Assembly (NCBI GenBank): GCA_021613535.1
Contig: CP075497.1
Span: 4,774,001 to 4,838,000 of the forward strand
Source: Adineta vaga
Taxonomy: Eukaryota; Animalia; Rotifera
Reading direction: 5' to 3'
Length of the DNA: 64,000 nt
The stretch's first letter is position 1; every line of letters starts with the position of its first letter. A model generated the notes under the pieces. The model worked only from the letters and a program-made list of their open reading frames with translations. It was not told the origin of the DNA and ran no database searches. Both the position numbers and the translations under genes were made by a program. This document shows positions 1-11,791 of this stretch, in pieces.

Positions 1-486
1 AGCAGATGTAGCCGATGATGGTCCGTTGACACAGATTGTCTGTTCATCTCCGCTTGAAGATAGAAAGGCTACATCGTCACAGCTGACACTTTTTTGCTTA
101 AGCAAACAAGCTGCAACCATTGATCCAGTGATTTCTCTTGTATTGATAACATTTGGATCATCAGAGAGGCCATTTTTTCTTGTTCGTAATTGATGTTGAA
201 CTGGTAAAACATGTAAGTCTTCATTCGATGACGATCCAGGTGGAGAATCCACTTCAGTGAGAGCACAATTCCAAACAAATGTAAATGTTGATGAAGCCGA
301 ATTTGTTGTTGTTGTTGATGTTGGCGATGGCGAGGGTATATATGGTAAATGATCGCTACTATTTGAACAATAAGATTTTCGACGATATTTCAAAACATCG
401 GATAATTGACGACAGATTGATAAACGACGAAGAGGTGATACGAGAGGTGGATGAGAACCAGCTGATGCTACTCCTTCGTTAGACAT
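1..486 (-). CDS. Probable alternative first coding exon of the same gene (open to window edge)
   Basis: ATG at 486 opens 162 stop-free codons to position 1 (MSNEGVASAGSHPPLVSPLRRLSICRQLSDVLKYRRKS...KQKSVSCDDV...). It lies in the intron after the RBD exon and is missing from the ORF track because it has no stop in the window. Confidence 0.55.
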   Translation of the reverse strand, partial: MSNEGVASAGSHPPLVSPLRRLSICRQLSDVLKYRRKSYCSNSSDHLPYIPSPSPTSTTTTNSASSTFTFVWNCALTEVDSPPGSSSNEDLHVLPVQHQLRTRKNGLSDDPNVINTREITGSMVAACLLKQKSVSCDDVAFLSSSGDEQTICVNGPSSATSA

Positions 487-1187
487 CGGAATTTGAATGA
501 ATGAATAAATGTAACGATGAATATTGTCTTCTGTTTCTTCTTTTTTTTTGATAGACAATTCATTCACAATAGAGTTAAAGACAAAGAATAACGATGCAAT
601 TTCTTATTCTTTCTCTCCCGTCGATCTCTCTTGCTTAGATTTTTTTTGACAATAAGTAAGAGACTATGTATGCCGCAGGGTTGACAATCACTACTACTAT
701 ACTACTACTACTACTATTAGTAATAGTCGAAGAAGAGAAATTGTATATACATAGAGAAGTTCGATAGAAAGAAGAGAAAAAAGAAATTATATAACATCAT
801 CAACTAGAAAATGCGACAATAACAATAACAAGCGCGACAATAGTATTTCTAATCAAGGAGGAGTTTCTCTCATTGAGATTTGTCTGATTTTTTTTCTATA
901 CATCAATAGCATATTGTCTGGTATTCTGGTTTTTTCATTTTTTTTGTTCTTTAGAGATATACTAATTCAATTTACAGATATAGTTTAAGCTTCGATAAAC
1001 AACAGAAGCAATGATACATAAAGATTCTTCCAAATGTTGCATCATACATTGAATATGTATGGATATTTCGAGTGTATGTACCAAGTGATTTTGAAGAGAA
1101 AGAAAGAAAGAAAGAGACAAAAGAGTTTTGAGCTTTAATTAGAAGAGTAGAAGTTATGTCATGAATCATTTGAGTTTTTCTTAATAC

Positions 1188-4100
1188 CTGTAACGACTAG
1201 ATCATTCAACAGCAGATGTTTGACTGGTTGATCCAAGGACAATGGTAAAGTTGGTGCACTTCGTAGACAAATATTACATCTTTCGATATTCAATTGATAT
1301 TTTTCGAATAATTGTACTAAGATTTCTCTAGAAGAGAAATATTTATAACATTTTGATTTCTATTGATTGATTATTTATCATTTACCTTAATGTTGTATTT
1401 TCAGATAGATCCGAATATTTCAAAGATTCACGAAAATTTTGTCCATTTACATCAATAAAATAAATATAAGTTCCATCCTAACAACAAGACAATACAATAA
1501 GACATAAACATTACCAATTAATCTCAAGGTCAATATATTTTTCTCACATATTCACTATATTCAATTTGCATTAAGAATCACAACCACATCAATTGAAAAC
1601 CTCTCATTTCTTTCTATTAATTTTTTTTTGTCTACCCAAACAACACATACTTATAGCTGTAATTTGACCTTCCCAATAAACATCTATTATCAAATAAATA
1701 ACTCTCCCGAATAAAGGTAAATCAAAACGAAGGTTTTGAATATAAGTCACTCAAATCTCATTGATTTTCGTTTATTGGTACAAATACAAAAAACCTTGAT
1801 TTTGCGAATCAAACTTACTGTTGTTGTTGGTAAATTTTCTTCCGATAAAGCATGCTTTCGTTGATCAAGATGATTCACATGTGTCGAATCATTGCTCATA
1901 GATGAAGTCGAATGATTTCGATTTGAACCGGTTGATGTAGTTAGATTAATAACTGAAACACTAAATTGTTTACCAGCCATATTTGTCTATTTAAAAATGA
2001 AATTTGATAAAAACAAAAGATAAAATAAATTTGAGAAGATAATGATTTACTTCATTTGAACCCAATGTGACATTTGATCGACGTGTACGAAAAACGTTGA
2101 CTAATAGACTTCGCGTCTTTTCTCTACAGAAAACAAATTCAATGAAATACAATTTAGAAGAAGAAACGAAAAATAGAGAAAAATTATATGCAAACCTTCG
2201 TGTTTTTAGATCTATTATTAATTCATGACGGTTATTAAAGATAAACATTATCGGAGCTCGCATTAGATCTTACAAATTATATATTTATTCAATGTCAATA
2301 TTGAATTTTTAATACAGATTGAAAATCAGCTACTAGGATTATTCATACGTACAGGTACATATATATATATATATATATATGTATAAGTTGGGTCCCTCTC
2401 TCTTCCCCTCTTTCTTTTTTTTTTCTTTACGACTATGTTCTTAAAATAGGGTTTTTTTCTCATCGTCATCATCTAGTATGAAGTGTGAACAATCGTTATA
2501 CAAATAGTAAAGTTTATTTACTTAGTGTCAATGTGAATAGAATGAAGGGAAAAAGACAGTGAGATGTAAGATTAATTAAAATATGAATTCTTTCCATATT
2601 CGGATGTCGATAAGTAAACAATGATATTTACTTATTTCAAAGAGATTTCATTTGATAAAAGAAGATAATTGTTTAACTGATATTTTATTGTTGATTATCT
2701 TACCTAGTTGAAGGTCGTGTTAATAGAACTCGCCCATTGGATAGATCAGTATGACTACATGATCGTTTGGATGATGTTTTTGAATTCGTTTCAACAAATA
2801 GTTGATCAATCGAATCATATTTAATTAAATGAATTCTTTCTTTCGAATCAAATGGATTTGATTGAAATTGCCTTTTCACTTTTGTTATTGTATCCCGAAA
2901 CGACGAACGAACAAGCATAATCCTGACTATGCCATCGTCATCAAAATACTGCCTGATATTCAGTGCATATCGAATAACCTCGTCGTCCATTGTCTCTTTT
3001 CTCCTATATTTATGTCTCATATATTTCTTTTTTCGAGGAGAAAAAATGTCTCTCAGAGAACGAAAAGTCGGTATTCAAGAATGACACATATTCGAAGTGT
3101 GAAAAAAACGTCAATTTTGATATCAAGAGAAAAAAATTCGAACAGAATAACTTACTCAGGTGGATGTAAAAAGATTTGATTGGGATTATATTCATTTGTT
3201 GACTCGTCGGTATTCATATTATTTAAATCACTTGAAGAAATGTCTGAAAAAACAATATGCAAATTTCTTTGATCGACTTATTTTCTCTTAATTATCATTA
3301 TCTTACCTTTATCAAGAATAATTTCTTTATCATATTCATCTTTAATGCGACCGTTTTCTTCGGCATCAATTCGAATCTGGAAGTAATGAACAAAAAAGAA
3401 AACAGATATGTGAAAAACTTTCCAGGAAAATGACTTCTATTCATTTAATTATGTTGTGATCTCAAAAAGAAAACATTGCTTTGCCTCGATTAATTTCTTA
3501 GTTTATTTGGCTTTTCTGTTCGCATTATTTTCTCATCTTCAATTCAATGAAAGCAACTCTTGACATCACCTATATCATTCTTCAATTTCCTTTTTTTTCT
3601 ATAAGGATTCTATTTTGGTATCAAAGAAAACAGAAGTGTACAAACTGAATATTTATATATCATATTAAAAAGAAATAGGGAACTTACAAAGACAAGGTCA
3701 TGTAGATAAGAAAATTTTCTTTGCCTATGAAACTATAGACAGGTGACATAGGTGACATTCCTACTCTATTATCGAACTTTTTTCTCTTCCTCTTTCTACT
3801 ACTGTTGTTAGTGATTGAGACCATGTGTAATTCCATCTCCTGCGTGTGTGTCTTTTCTAGTCAAGAAATACGACTCGTATTTATATATATATATATAAAG
3901 AAAAGGTGGAAACCATATGATCCATGGATTTCAATTGAAGAAAAAAAACCTATTCAAATTCTTCTCATACCACACAAATTAATTTACAACAAAATAGTTG
4001 TTTTATTGATAAGTTTGTGTGAAAAGAGGAAGACTAATACTTACAAACTTTTAAGGTAAGGAAAAGAATAAATATATACGTATCTCTATGTTGAAAATCA

Positions 4101-6523
4101 ATATCTTTAACGGCTCCCCTGACAGAAGACTAACTGTTACTGCTCTACTGTCATCGATACGATTGAATTCAAGCGATTATATATTAGTAACAGACATAGC
4201 AAATGATGTTCTATATGTAAAATCAGTTATCGTCATATGGTAAGTCAATATACGAAGAAGAAGAAGAAAAACATCCGATCAATGGTACATGATAATGAAT
4301 TAAGTGTTTTGATGTTTTCTTTTTCACTAAGAAAAAATAGGCAAAAATTAGAATTGATCAAGTACATCTTAAATCGACGTTAAATTTGCATATCTTGATG
4401 ATGAATTCTTTTTTTTTCATCCGTATAAGTACTTAAAATAAAACAGCGATATGACAAGCACTTTTATATCGTCTCAATATGAAGAAACGGTCAAGTGATG
4501 TACCTTATTGTCTACAAGATTTATTTATCGAAAGAAAAACCTAATTTTATTGTTATGTTCAATTTGATCGTACACATTGTTGCTTATTTATGATACAGAG
4601 AGAGAGAAAGGAAAACAGTATTCAGATTTTGCTGGAAGAAAAAAAATGACAGAATCATGTTATAAAGACGAATCATCAGCCTGAATAGGCAGACAGTTCA
4701 TGCCAACAAACAATTGAATGGCAAGAGAAAAAGAAAAAGGTCAGCAAGGTATCAGTTTGATTCTCATCGATACTTGTATATGTAATACGATGCAATGTCT
4801 GACATGATCGTGTTACAAATACACTCATATGCACGTATTCATTCTTTTCAAAGTTGACCATCACTCTTTTGACTGTGTGTCAGCCATATGATAAAATCTT
4901 GCGAAAAATGTCACTGACATCATTGTTCTCATACTCACTACTATTCATAATTATAGACGCCACACATTATATTGTTAACAATAACAAATCGATAGTGTCG
5001 GCGCTGATCATCATCGTTGTCTCAAAAGACAGTACATACGTGTGTGTATCAGGGTCAAACAATAATAAACTTTTTTCTATTGAGACAAAGAGTATTAACA
5101 CTTGACCTTCGTTGTTCTCTGTATGCATATGTTTATGTTAAAAGCACGCGTGCCGCTTTGAGCAAACAATTTTTTCACTAATGATAAGCTCGTCTTAGCC
5201 GACTTACTTACTTACCTTTTCGGTTAGTTGAGATGAATCATCACAAGTTACAGATTTTCGTTGAAATGATTGATTATTATGATTTACTTCACTATCATCC
5301 GATTCAGACAGAGAAATCGATGAATATGATGTTGTTGATGTTTGTTTAATAATAGCTATTGATGTTGGTTGTTGTTGTTCATTAGTGACAGTATCAAACA
5401 ATGTATGAGTCAATATAGATGAAAATGATGGACGATGTTGAATTTGTTTATTATTTAAATGATGTTTCTCATGATGATCAAAATCGAATAGACTGTGAAA
5501 TAGAGATGGTAAACTTCGACGTCGTTTTGTACGTAATAATAATTGTCCATGATCATGAAGTAATTTTGATGATGTTAAAGATGTTGATGAAAAATTTTGT
5601 GTGGATGGTGATAATTGTTGTTTATCTTCATCGATATGATTTGTAATTGTACTGTAAAAAATTGACTTGGATAAACGACGTTTACAAACAGAACAACGAT
5701 TAGAATTATTTTCAGTTGTTGGTGTTGTTGCTATTGATGTACTTGTTGTTGTATTAAGTTTAGAAACGAGAACACCAAATATAGATGGACGTTTTTTATG
5801 TTTAGGAATTAAATCAAGATTTGGATGATTTTGACAAGCTAGACATGATGGTGATGATGGTTGTTGTGTTGAAGAATCCGTTGTTGACATTGCTATTTTT
5901 GATGATGAATGATTTCCCGAACGAAATGCAAGAGAATGAAGTAAACGTGAAAATGTCTCTTTCGACAGACTAGCTTTGATTGTTGCCGGTAATTTAGTCG
6001 ATTTCGATGATAATGGTAATATATGTACTGGTTCATTAATATTCTCTTCTTCATCTGGATGTTTTCCATCTAGATTTGTTGATGAACCAAGTGCAAATGA
6101 AAAACTTCGTTGTTGATTAGTTGGTATTTCTATTGCAGAATTCACTTCTTTTTGTTTCAATGAAGATGTACGTACAAGAGAATTACGTTTTAATTCATTA
6201 TCTAATACTTGATCGAATTCGTCAAGAATAGCAACATGTCCATAATCATCAATATCATCATCACTGGGTTTATTAGTATCAATAGGATCATCTTCATCAT
6301 CAATACAAATTTGTGGTATAGAAACAGTTGCTGCTGCTATTGCTGCTGTTGATGGTGAAAGTGGTGGTTGAGTTCGTGCACGAAATTTACGCATACTTGT
6401 ACTACTGGTTATTGTTGGATCAATAAATAATAAATCAGCAGCTGACTGATGATTATTCTGCGAATCAAGACATTGTTGCTTATGATGTTGTAGATAGCGG
6501 CGAACTTTGTTCGAACTCGTCAT
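1188..6523 (-). CDS. 5' portion of a multi-exon signalling protein with a Ras-binding (RBD, ubiquitin-like) domain; PLEKHG5-like RhoGEF or RGS12/14-like; continues beyond window start
   Basis: Eight phase-consistent GT-AG exons: 5216-6523, 3307-3376, 3156-3243, 2704-3003, 2051-2123, 1819-1986, 1386-1477, 1188-1327. The last two give ...TTLREILVQLFEKYQLNIERCNICLRSAPTLPLSLDQPVKHLLLNDLVVT, which resembles the RBD of PLEKHG5/RGS12-14. The N-terminus is Ser/Thr-rich and low-complexity. No DH/PH or RGS domain lies inside the window. Confidence 0.6.
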
Positions 6524-8968
6524 CGTTTGATTAAACGTTTTTCAACCTGCAATAATGATGAAAGATTATCGTCGATTTATTCTTTTTTTTTCTTCTCTGT
6601 CTCTCTCCCGCTATGTGTTCGATGTTGTAGACAAGAGTAGTATGTTCACTATCAGTAAAAGTAATAATAGAGACAGCGAAAGAATGAGAACCGAAATTGT
6701 CTCGTGTGTTCTGTTCTCTTTTCATATGATGTGGGAGTAACGACAAAATTGAATATAAAAGGATAAAATGAGAGCTCATTGGACATTGAAGACAAAGAGA
6801 AAAAAAAGGAATGATGACAGATTCGAAAATTCCATTATATCAAATTCAATGGAAATTTCAAGAATATATACTACAAAATATCTTTCAATATGTCCATCAT
6901 AATTTATATTAATTAACTCAACAAAAAGAATTTACACCCACACGAACAAAAGCTTTTCTCTATTAAGAACTTTTCGTACGATTTTATTCAGAATCTTTTT
7001 TTTACTAATCAGATTTACTTTTACATATATACATGCAAGATTTGTCATTTTTTGATCGGAAGTTAATATACAATACATTTGAACACGTTCATGAATCTAT
7101 ACTTTTTGCTCTGTAATTGATCTATTTACGATGATATTTAGCTTACCTGCTTTTTTAATTGTAATCTATTCGGATAGAATTCTAAGACATGATGTTAGCA
7201 CATATATTCTGGTATTTATCACTTTGTAACAAGTCGCATTCTTATTCTCTAGTAGACTTTTTCTCTCGTCTATCTTTTTCTCTATGTCTGTCTATAATTG
7301 TTTATTCGATATGCGACACAATATCAGTAGACCGAATATAAGAGACCACCCGTTGTATGTTAACAGAGTAAAATATCAACTGTAATAGTAGTAGTCATTT
7401 TAGTTCTATTGTCGTTCTCTTTTCAGTTGCGTTCAATTACACGAAAAAAAAGACTACGTAAAAGAAAAGAGAGTAGAAGAAATGACGAGAATAAGGCTAA
7501 CGTATACTCAGTAGGTGTATGTTAATAGTGGTACCGTTCGAATATAAAAGGTTTCATTCTCGTTCATTTACAACATCTTCTCATGTACAATGATAGTTTA
7601 GAGAATAAAAAGAGAGAAGGAGCGAGAGAAAAAAAACGAATGGACGAAAGCAAAATAGTTCATTTCATATCCAAGTGCTTGTGGCTTTGTCGGTTTTTTT
7701 CTTCTTTTAAGGTTTCAACAACAAATGTTACACGTTATTTATGAGCGTGTGTGAGAATATACCTTACTCATAGAACAATTGTATATATGTATGTTGGTAG
7801 GATCACACACAATCAAAAAAAAGAAGAAAAGAAAAGAGAAAAAGAAGTCCAAATTTGTTTGAATCATTCTTTTGCTCGTATGCACATTGATTTCTTATCA
7901 GCTTTACTTTTTATTTCGTTCGTCGGAAGAAATCATAGCAAATGCTGTTTAATCAAATAGAAGAAAATTTGTTCTTATCATTATCAGTCTTGAAATGATA
8001 TATGGATGAAAATTTGAATTATAAAATTTTAAATCATATATTCAATGTCTATATACAAAATAAGATAAACTTACAAATATTTAGATAATATTAACCAAAT
8101 AAAAAAAGAGTTGTTTTTTCTTTTGAATTGATTATATAATTTTACCAGATGAGATTTGATTTGACATTGAATTTTCTTATTACGATTGGCAATGTTACTA
8201 TTGTTTATTGTTGTTAGATCCTTGGATTTTATCAGATGAAATAACTAACATAGTAGTCGCTAATAGACGTGCATATTCAAGATATAGTCTGGCTTGATTA
8301 TCATTTAGTAATCAATTTCAAAAGACATGACTGCATATCAATTGACCTTCGGCAAGATCCTGGAGACGATCTTTACTCAAATTGTTCGTTCAGAAGAGAC
8401 TACAATTGACATTGATTGAAATTGAATATTATATAACAAGAAAAAAGGACGAATGGTGAATAATGGTCTTAAGTTTGATATATATATATATAGTACCATG
8501 ACTGAATTTGTCTAAATTTGAAATTCAGTTCTCGAACAATAAGACATGTCAATATTGACATTCTCAGTTTGTCACCTACGGCTCAGACCACTTTATTTCT
8601 ATACATTTGCATCAAAGCGATGCATGTATACATACATCTAAGTTAAGAGTATTTTTTGTCGATTATTATAATAATTTTTATTTCTTCAAATTATGAAGGA
8701 GAATATTGATTTTTCTCTAACAAAAATTACATATTTATTCTGAATAGAAGGTTCATTTCGTTAATTTTTATCTTTACAATATTTATACAACACAAAATAT
8801 ATCTTTTGTTTAAAGGAAGACACATTTTGATGGAAAATTCTAGAATACAATACACATCATATCATAGTTTACAAAATAATACTAATAGAAAAAGAAGAGA
8901 ATAATATGAAATGAAAATATACAATTGAATAATACAAAAGAGAACGTAAAGAAATCATTTGATTTGTT

Positions 8969-11791
8969 TTATTTATCTGAATTTGTATCTTGTGCTTCAG
9001 GAAAATGTTCATAATATCGATTAAGACGAATATATTTGACATTGATAGTTTGATCTGAAATATAACAAATGATTTTGACAATAAAGAACAAGGTTTTTAA
9101 CATCAAATATTACTTTGATAACGCCAATTATTAAGTAAATGATAGCCTTGTGCAGCTGCTTCTTTCGACGAGAATTTCAAATAAACAAAAACCTAAAGAA
9201 TTTATTAAATAACTACATTTACAACATTAACAAGTTTTCTATTTACCGAATGAATGCCAATATGTTCAACTCGTTTAACATTTGCACATCGATGTTGAAT
9301 ACTATCAACAACATGATCGATTTCTTCATCATCAGCAACACTAATATTGACACAAAAACGAATCAAAATATCGTTTTCAACAAATCAAAATAACATACTT
9401 ATCAGAATGAAAACAATTTCGTAGTTTTAAACATTCTGTAAGGCCAACATCAGCTGTTGGATGAGCATCACTTTCATCAACGGAATCCTTTGGTGACTAT
9501 AATAAATAAAAGAATGACAAGTTATTTGTTATTATCAGATGAAAAGAAAAACATACTGATGTCAATTTTTTCGGTGATGATGCAGTGGATTTAATCCATC
9601 GCCAAACATCCGATGCTTTGCCATCAATATCTTGTAATTCTCCTCGTATACGTGAATCTTGTTTTGTTATTTCCTTTTTAACACGTTCCCAAATATGTTT
9701 TAATCGTTCACTATTCAAATGAAAGCATATGGTATGAAAATGAGAGGAAACTAAAAAATACGAACTGATCTTCTTCTGGAATAAGTTTGTCTCGAATGAT
9801 TTATCGCAAGCCATGGTTGAGTATTTGGATCATTAATATGTTTTTCATATTGTTCTTTTAATAGATGACTCGTTTTTTTCAAATAGTTTTTAAATGTTGC
9901 TTCATTATTTTCATGTGTTTTCGATTGTTTTTGAAAAAGCCAAGCTAATGTGAACAAACCAGATGATCCTAAACAATCAATTGATTGTAAATACTAATCA
10001 GAAAGAAGAAAAAATCGCAAATATTTACCTAGGATGAGTAAAGCTAAGTTTCTCAAAGTCTTATTCACATCTTGACGAGCACGGCATGTTAATGAACGTA
10101 CAGCATCTTTAGTACTCAATTTTCGGACTAAAACTGTTTCGTTTGTTTGTTGATTATTTTCAGTCCATAATCTAAATGTTTACAGAGAAATTAAATAGAA
10201 TTTAAAGAGCAAACATGAAATTGATCATCTCCTAAACTTACAAAATATCTGAAATTGGTTTCTCTTTGATATATTTAAGTAATGAATTCCATCGTTCGTT
10301 TTGACCTAATTGAAATTTCAATCCCTAAAAACAAATTTCCATTTAGTTATATTATATAACTTCGATATGTTTCTTTACTTTTTCATCAAGATATTTTTCT
10401 ATTTCTGCTCGAGTAACTAGAGCATCTGTTTTAGCACGAAAACCACAATCAACTTCACCTATTGAAATCAAACAAAATATTCAATTTTCGTTTTCATTTA
10501 AGCATAAAGATAATACCAGTTCGGACTTGAAGTTGTTTTCGGACTGCTATAATGACAGGTTTCATATCTTCGCATTCAGTCTAAAATAGCGCAAAGTCAA
10601 CAAGAGAACTGAAACAAAAAATATATCTTACCGCATTTTTTATAGAACAAGTAATTACTACAAAGAAATATCGAGATTAAATTGAGAAAGAAATTCATAG
10701 TAAGCATTACCTTCAGAACGTGGAAAGAGATCATCACGTTTTTCATAAAGATATGTCAGCCCACCCACAAGTATAGAACTAACAATTAATAGTTTTAGAA
10801 GTTTCTTGATGAAACCGAAATATTTATTGCAACAAGATGATTTTGATTTACTACCGCGTTTAGGCGATGATGATTTTTTTCGATTTTCATCATCGGATTT
10901 TGATGATTTTTTTGTATCATCATCATCATCATCAGTGTCATGACCTGATTTCGATGATTGTCGATGTGTACGTGACTTGGAAGTTGGTGAAGGTGAATGA
11001 GGACGACCTGATATACCTGATGAGTCACGTTGTTGTCCAGAACGTAAAGAGGACACAGGTGTATTGCCAGTTGAATTTCGATCACGTGCTGAATCAAGTA
11101 ATTGCTTGATTTCACGACGATGACGCGCAACTGAAAATAGAACATATTCGGAATAGAAATGAAAATGAATCTGAAAACTACGAACTTGATTGTTCAACAT
11201 CATTGGTCATATTCGTGGATGAAGCAACACCACGTGTTGGTGATACAGATGTAGCTGATTTGTTTTGATGACGTACTGCAATGGAACGTGTTTGAACATT
11301 GGATGTTTTTGATCCAGTACGTCCCGTAAGTACATTTGCAGGTGAAGATTCATTGTCCGAATCACTCAATTCAATCAAATGTGGTGTCTGTTTTGATCGT
11401 GTTTTAGTAGCTGATGTTGATGTAGTAGTTGTTATTGTTGTTGATGCACTTGCTCGAGTACGTGATGGTGAACTAGTAGCAAGTGTTCGAGATGGTGATG
11501 CGGTTGCCCGTCTACTTGATGGCGAAGCAGCGGCAGCTCGTCTAGTTGATGGTGAATCAGCACTACTACGAGTTCGTGCTGGTGAAGCAACGGATCGTGT
11601 ACGTGATGGGGAAGAACTTGCTTGAGTTCGTGATGGTGAAGAAGCAGCAACAGCAGAACTACGTGTTCGTGTTTGTGATCGAAGAATTTCAAGTCGAGCA
11701 CGAAGTTGTTCACGATTACGTTGTGGATTGGTGGAACAGTTTCACCATGATTGATTAATTCTTGTCGTAATTGTTGATCAGAAAGAGTCAT
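8969..11791 (-). CDS. LEMD3: Inner nuclear membrane protein MAN1 (LEM, TM, MSC region, TM, C-terminal RRM/UHM); 1-nt frameshift near 11725 as given
   Basis: N-terminal LEM motif MTLSDQQLRQELINHGETVPPI[T]QRNREQLRARL and TM LLIVSSILVGGLTYLY. C-terminal exons give LTECLKLRNCF, VYLKFSSKEAAAQGYHLLNNW and INVKYIRLNRYYEHFPEA, matching the MAN1 UHM. About 12 exons; stop at 8969-8971. Confidence 0.9.
11450..11645 (-). repeat. Coding tandem repeat of ~7 SP(S/A)(R/S/T)-containing units of 9-10 aa
   Basis: Corrected frame reads SPSRTQASS SPSRTRSVA SPARTRSSAD SPSTRRAAAA SPSSRRATA SPSRTLATS SPSRTRASA. Confidence 0.8.

Noticed and set aside
8146-8412. Exon-like segments with splice signals upstream of the RBD gene
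   Set aside because: The minus-strand frames I read hit stops; at most untranslated exons, and unsupported.
11299-11758. Plus-strand ORFs with RVRDGE repeats
   Set aside because: Antisense shadow of the SPSRTR repeat in LEMD3.
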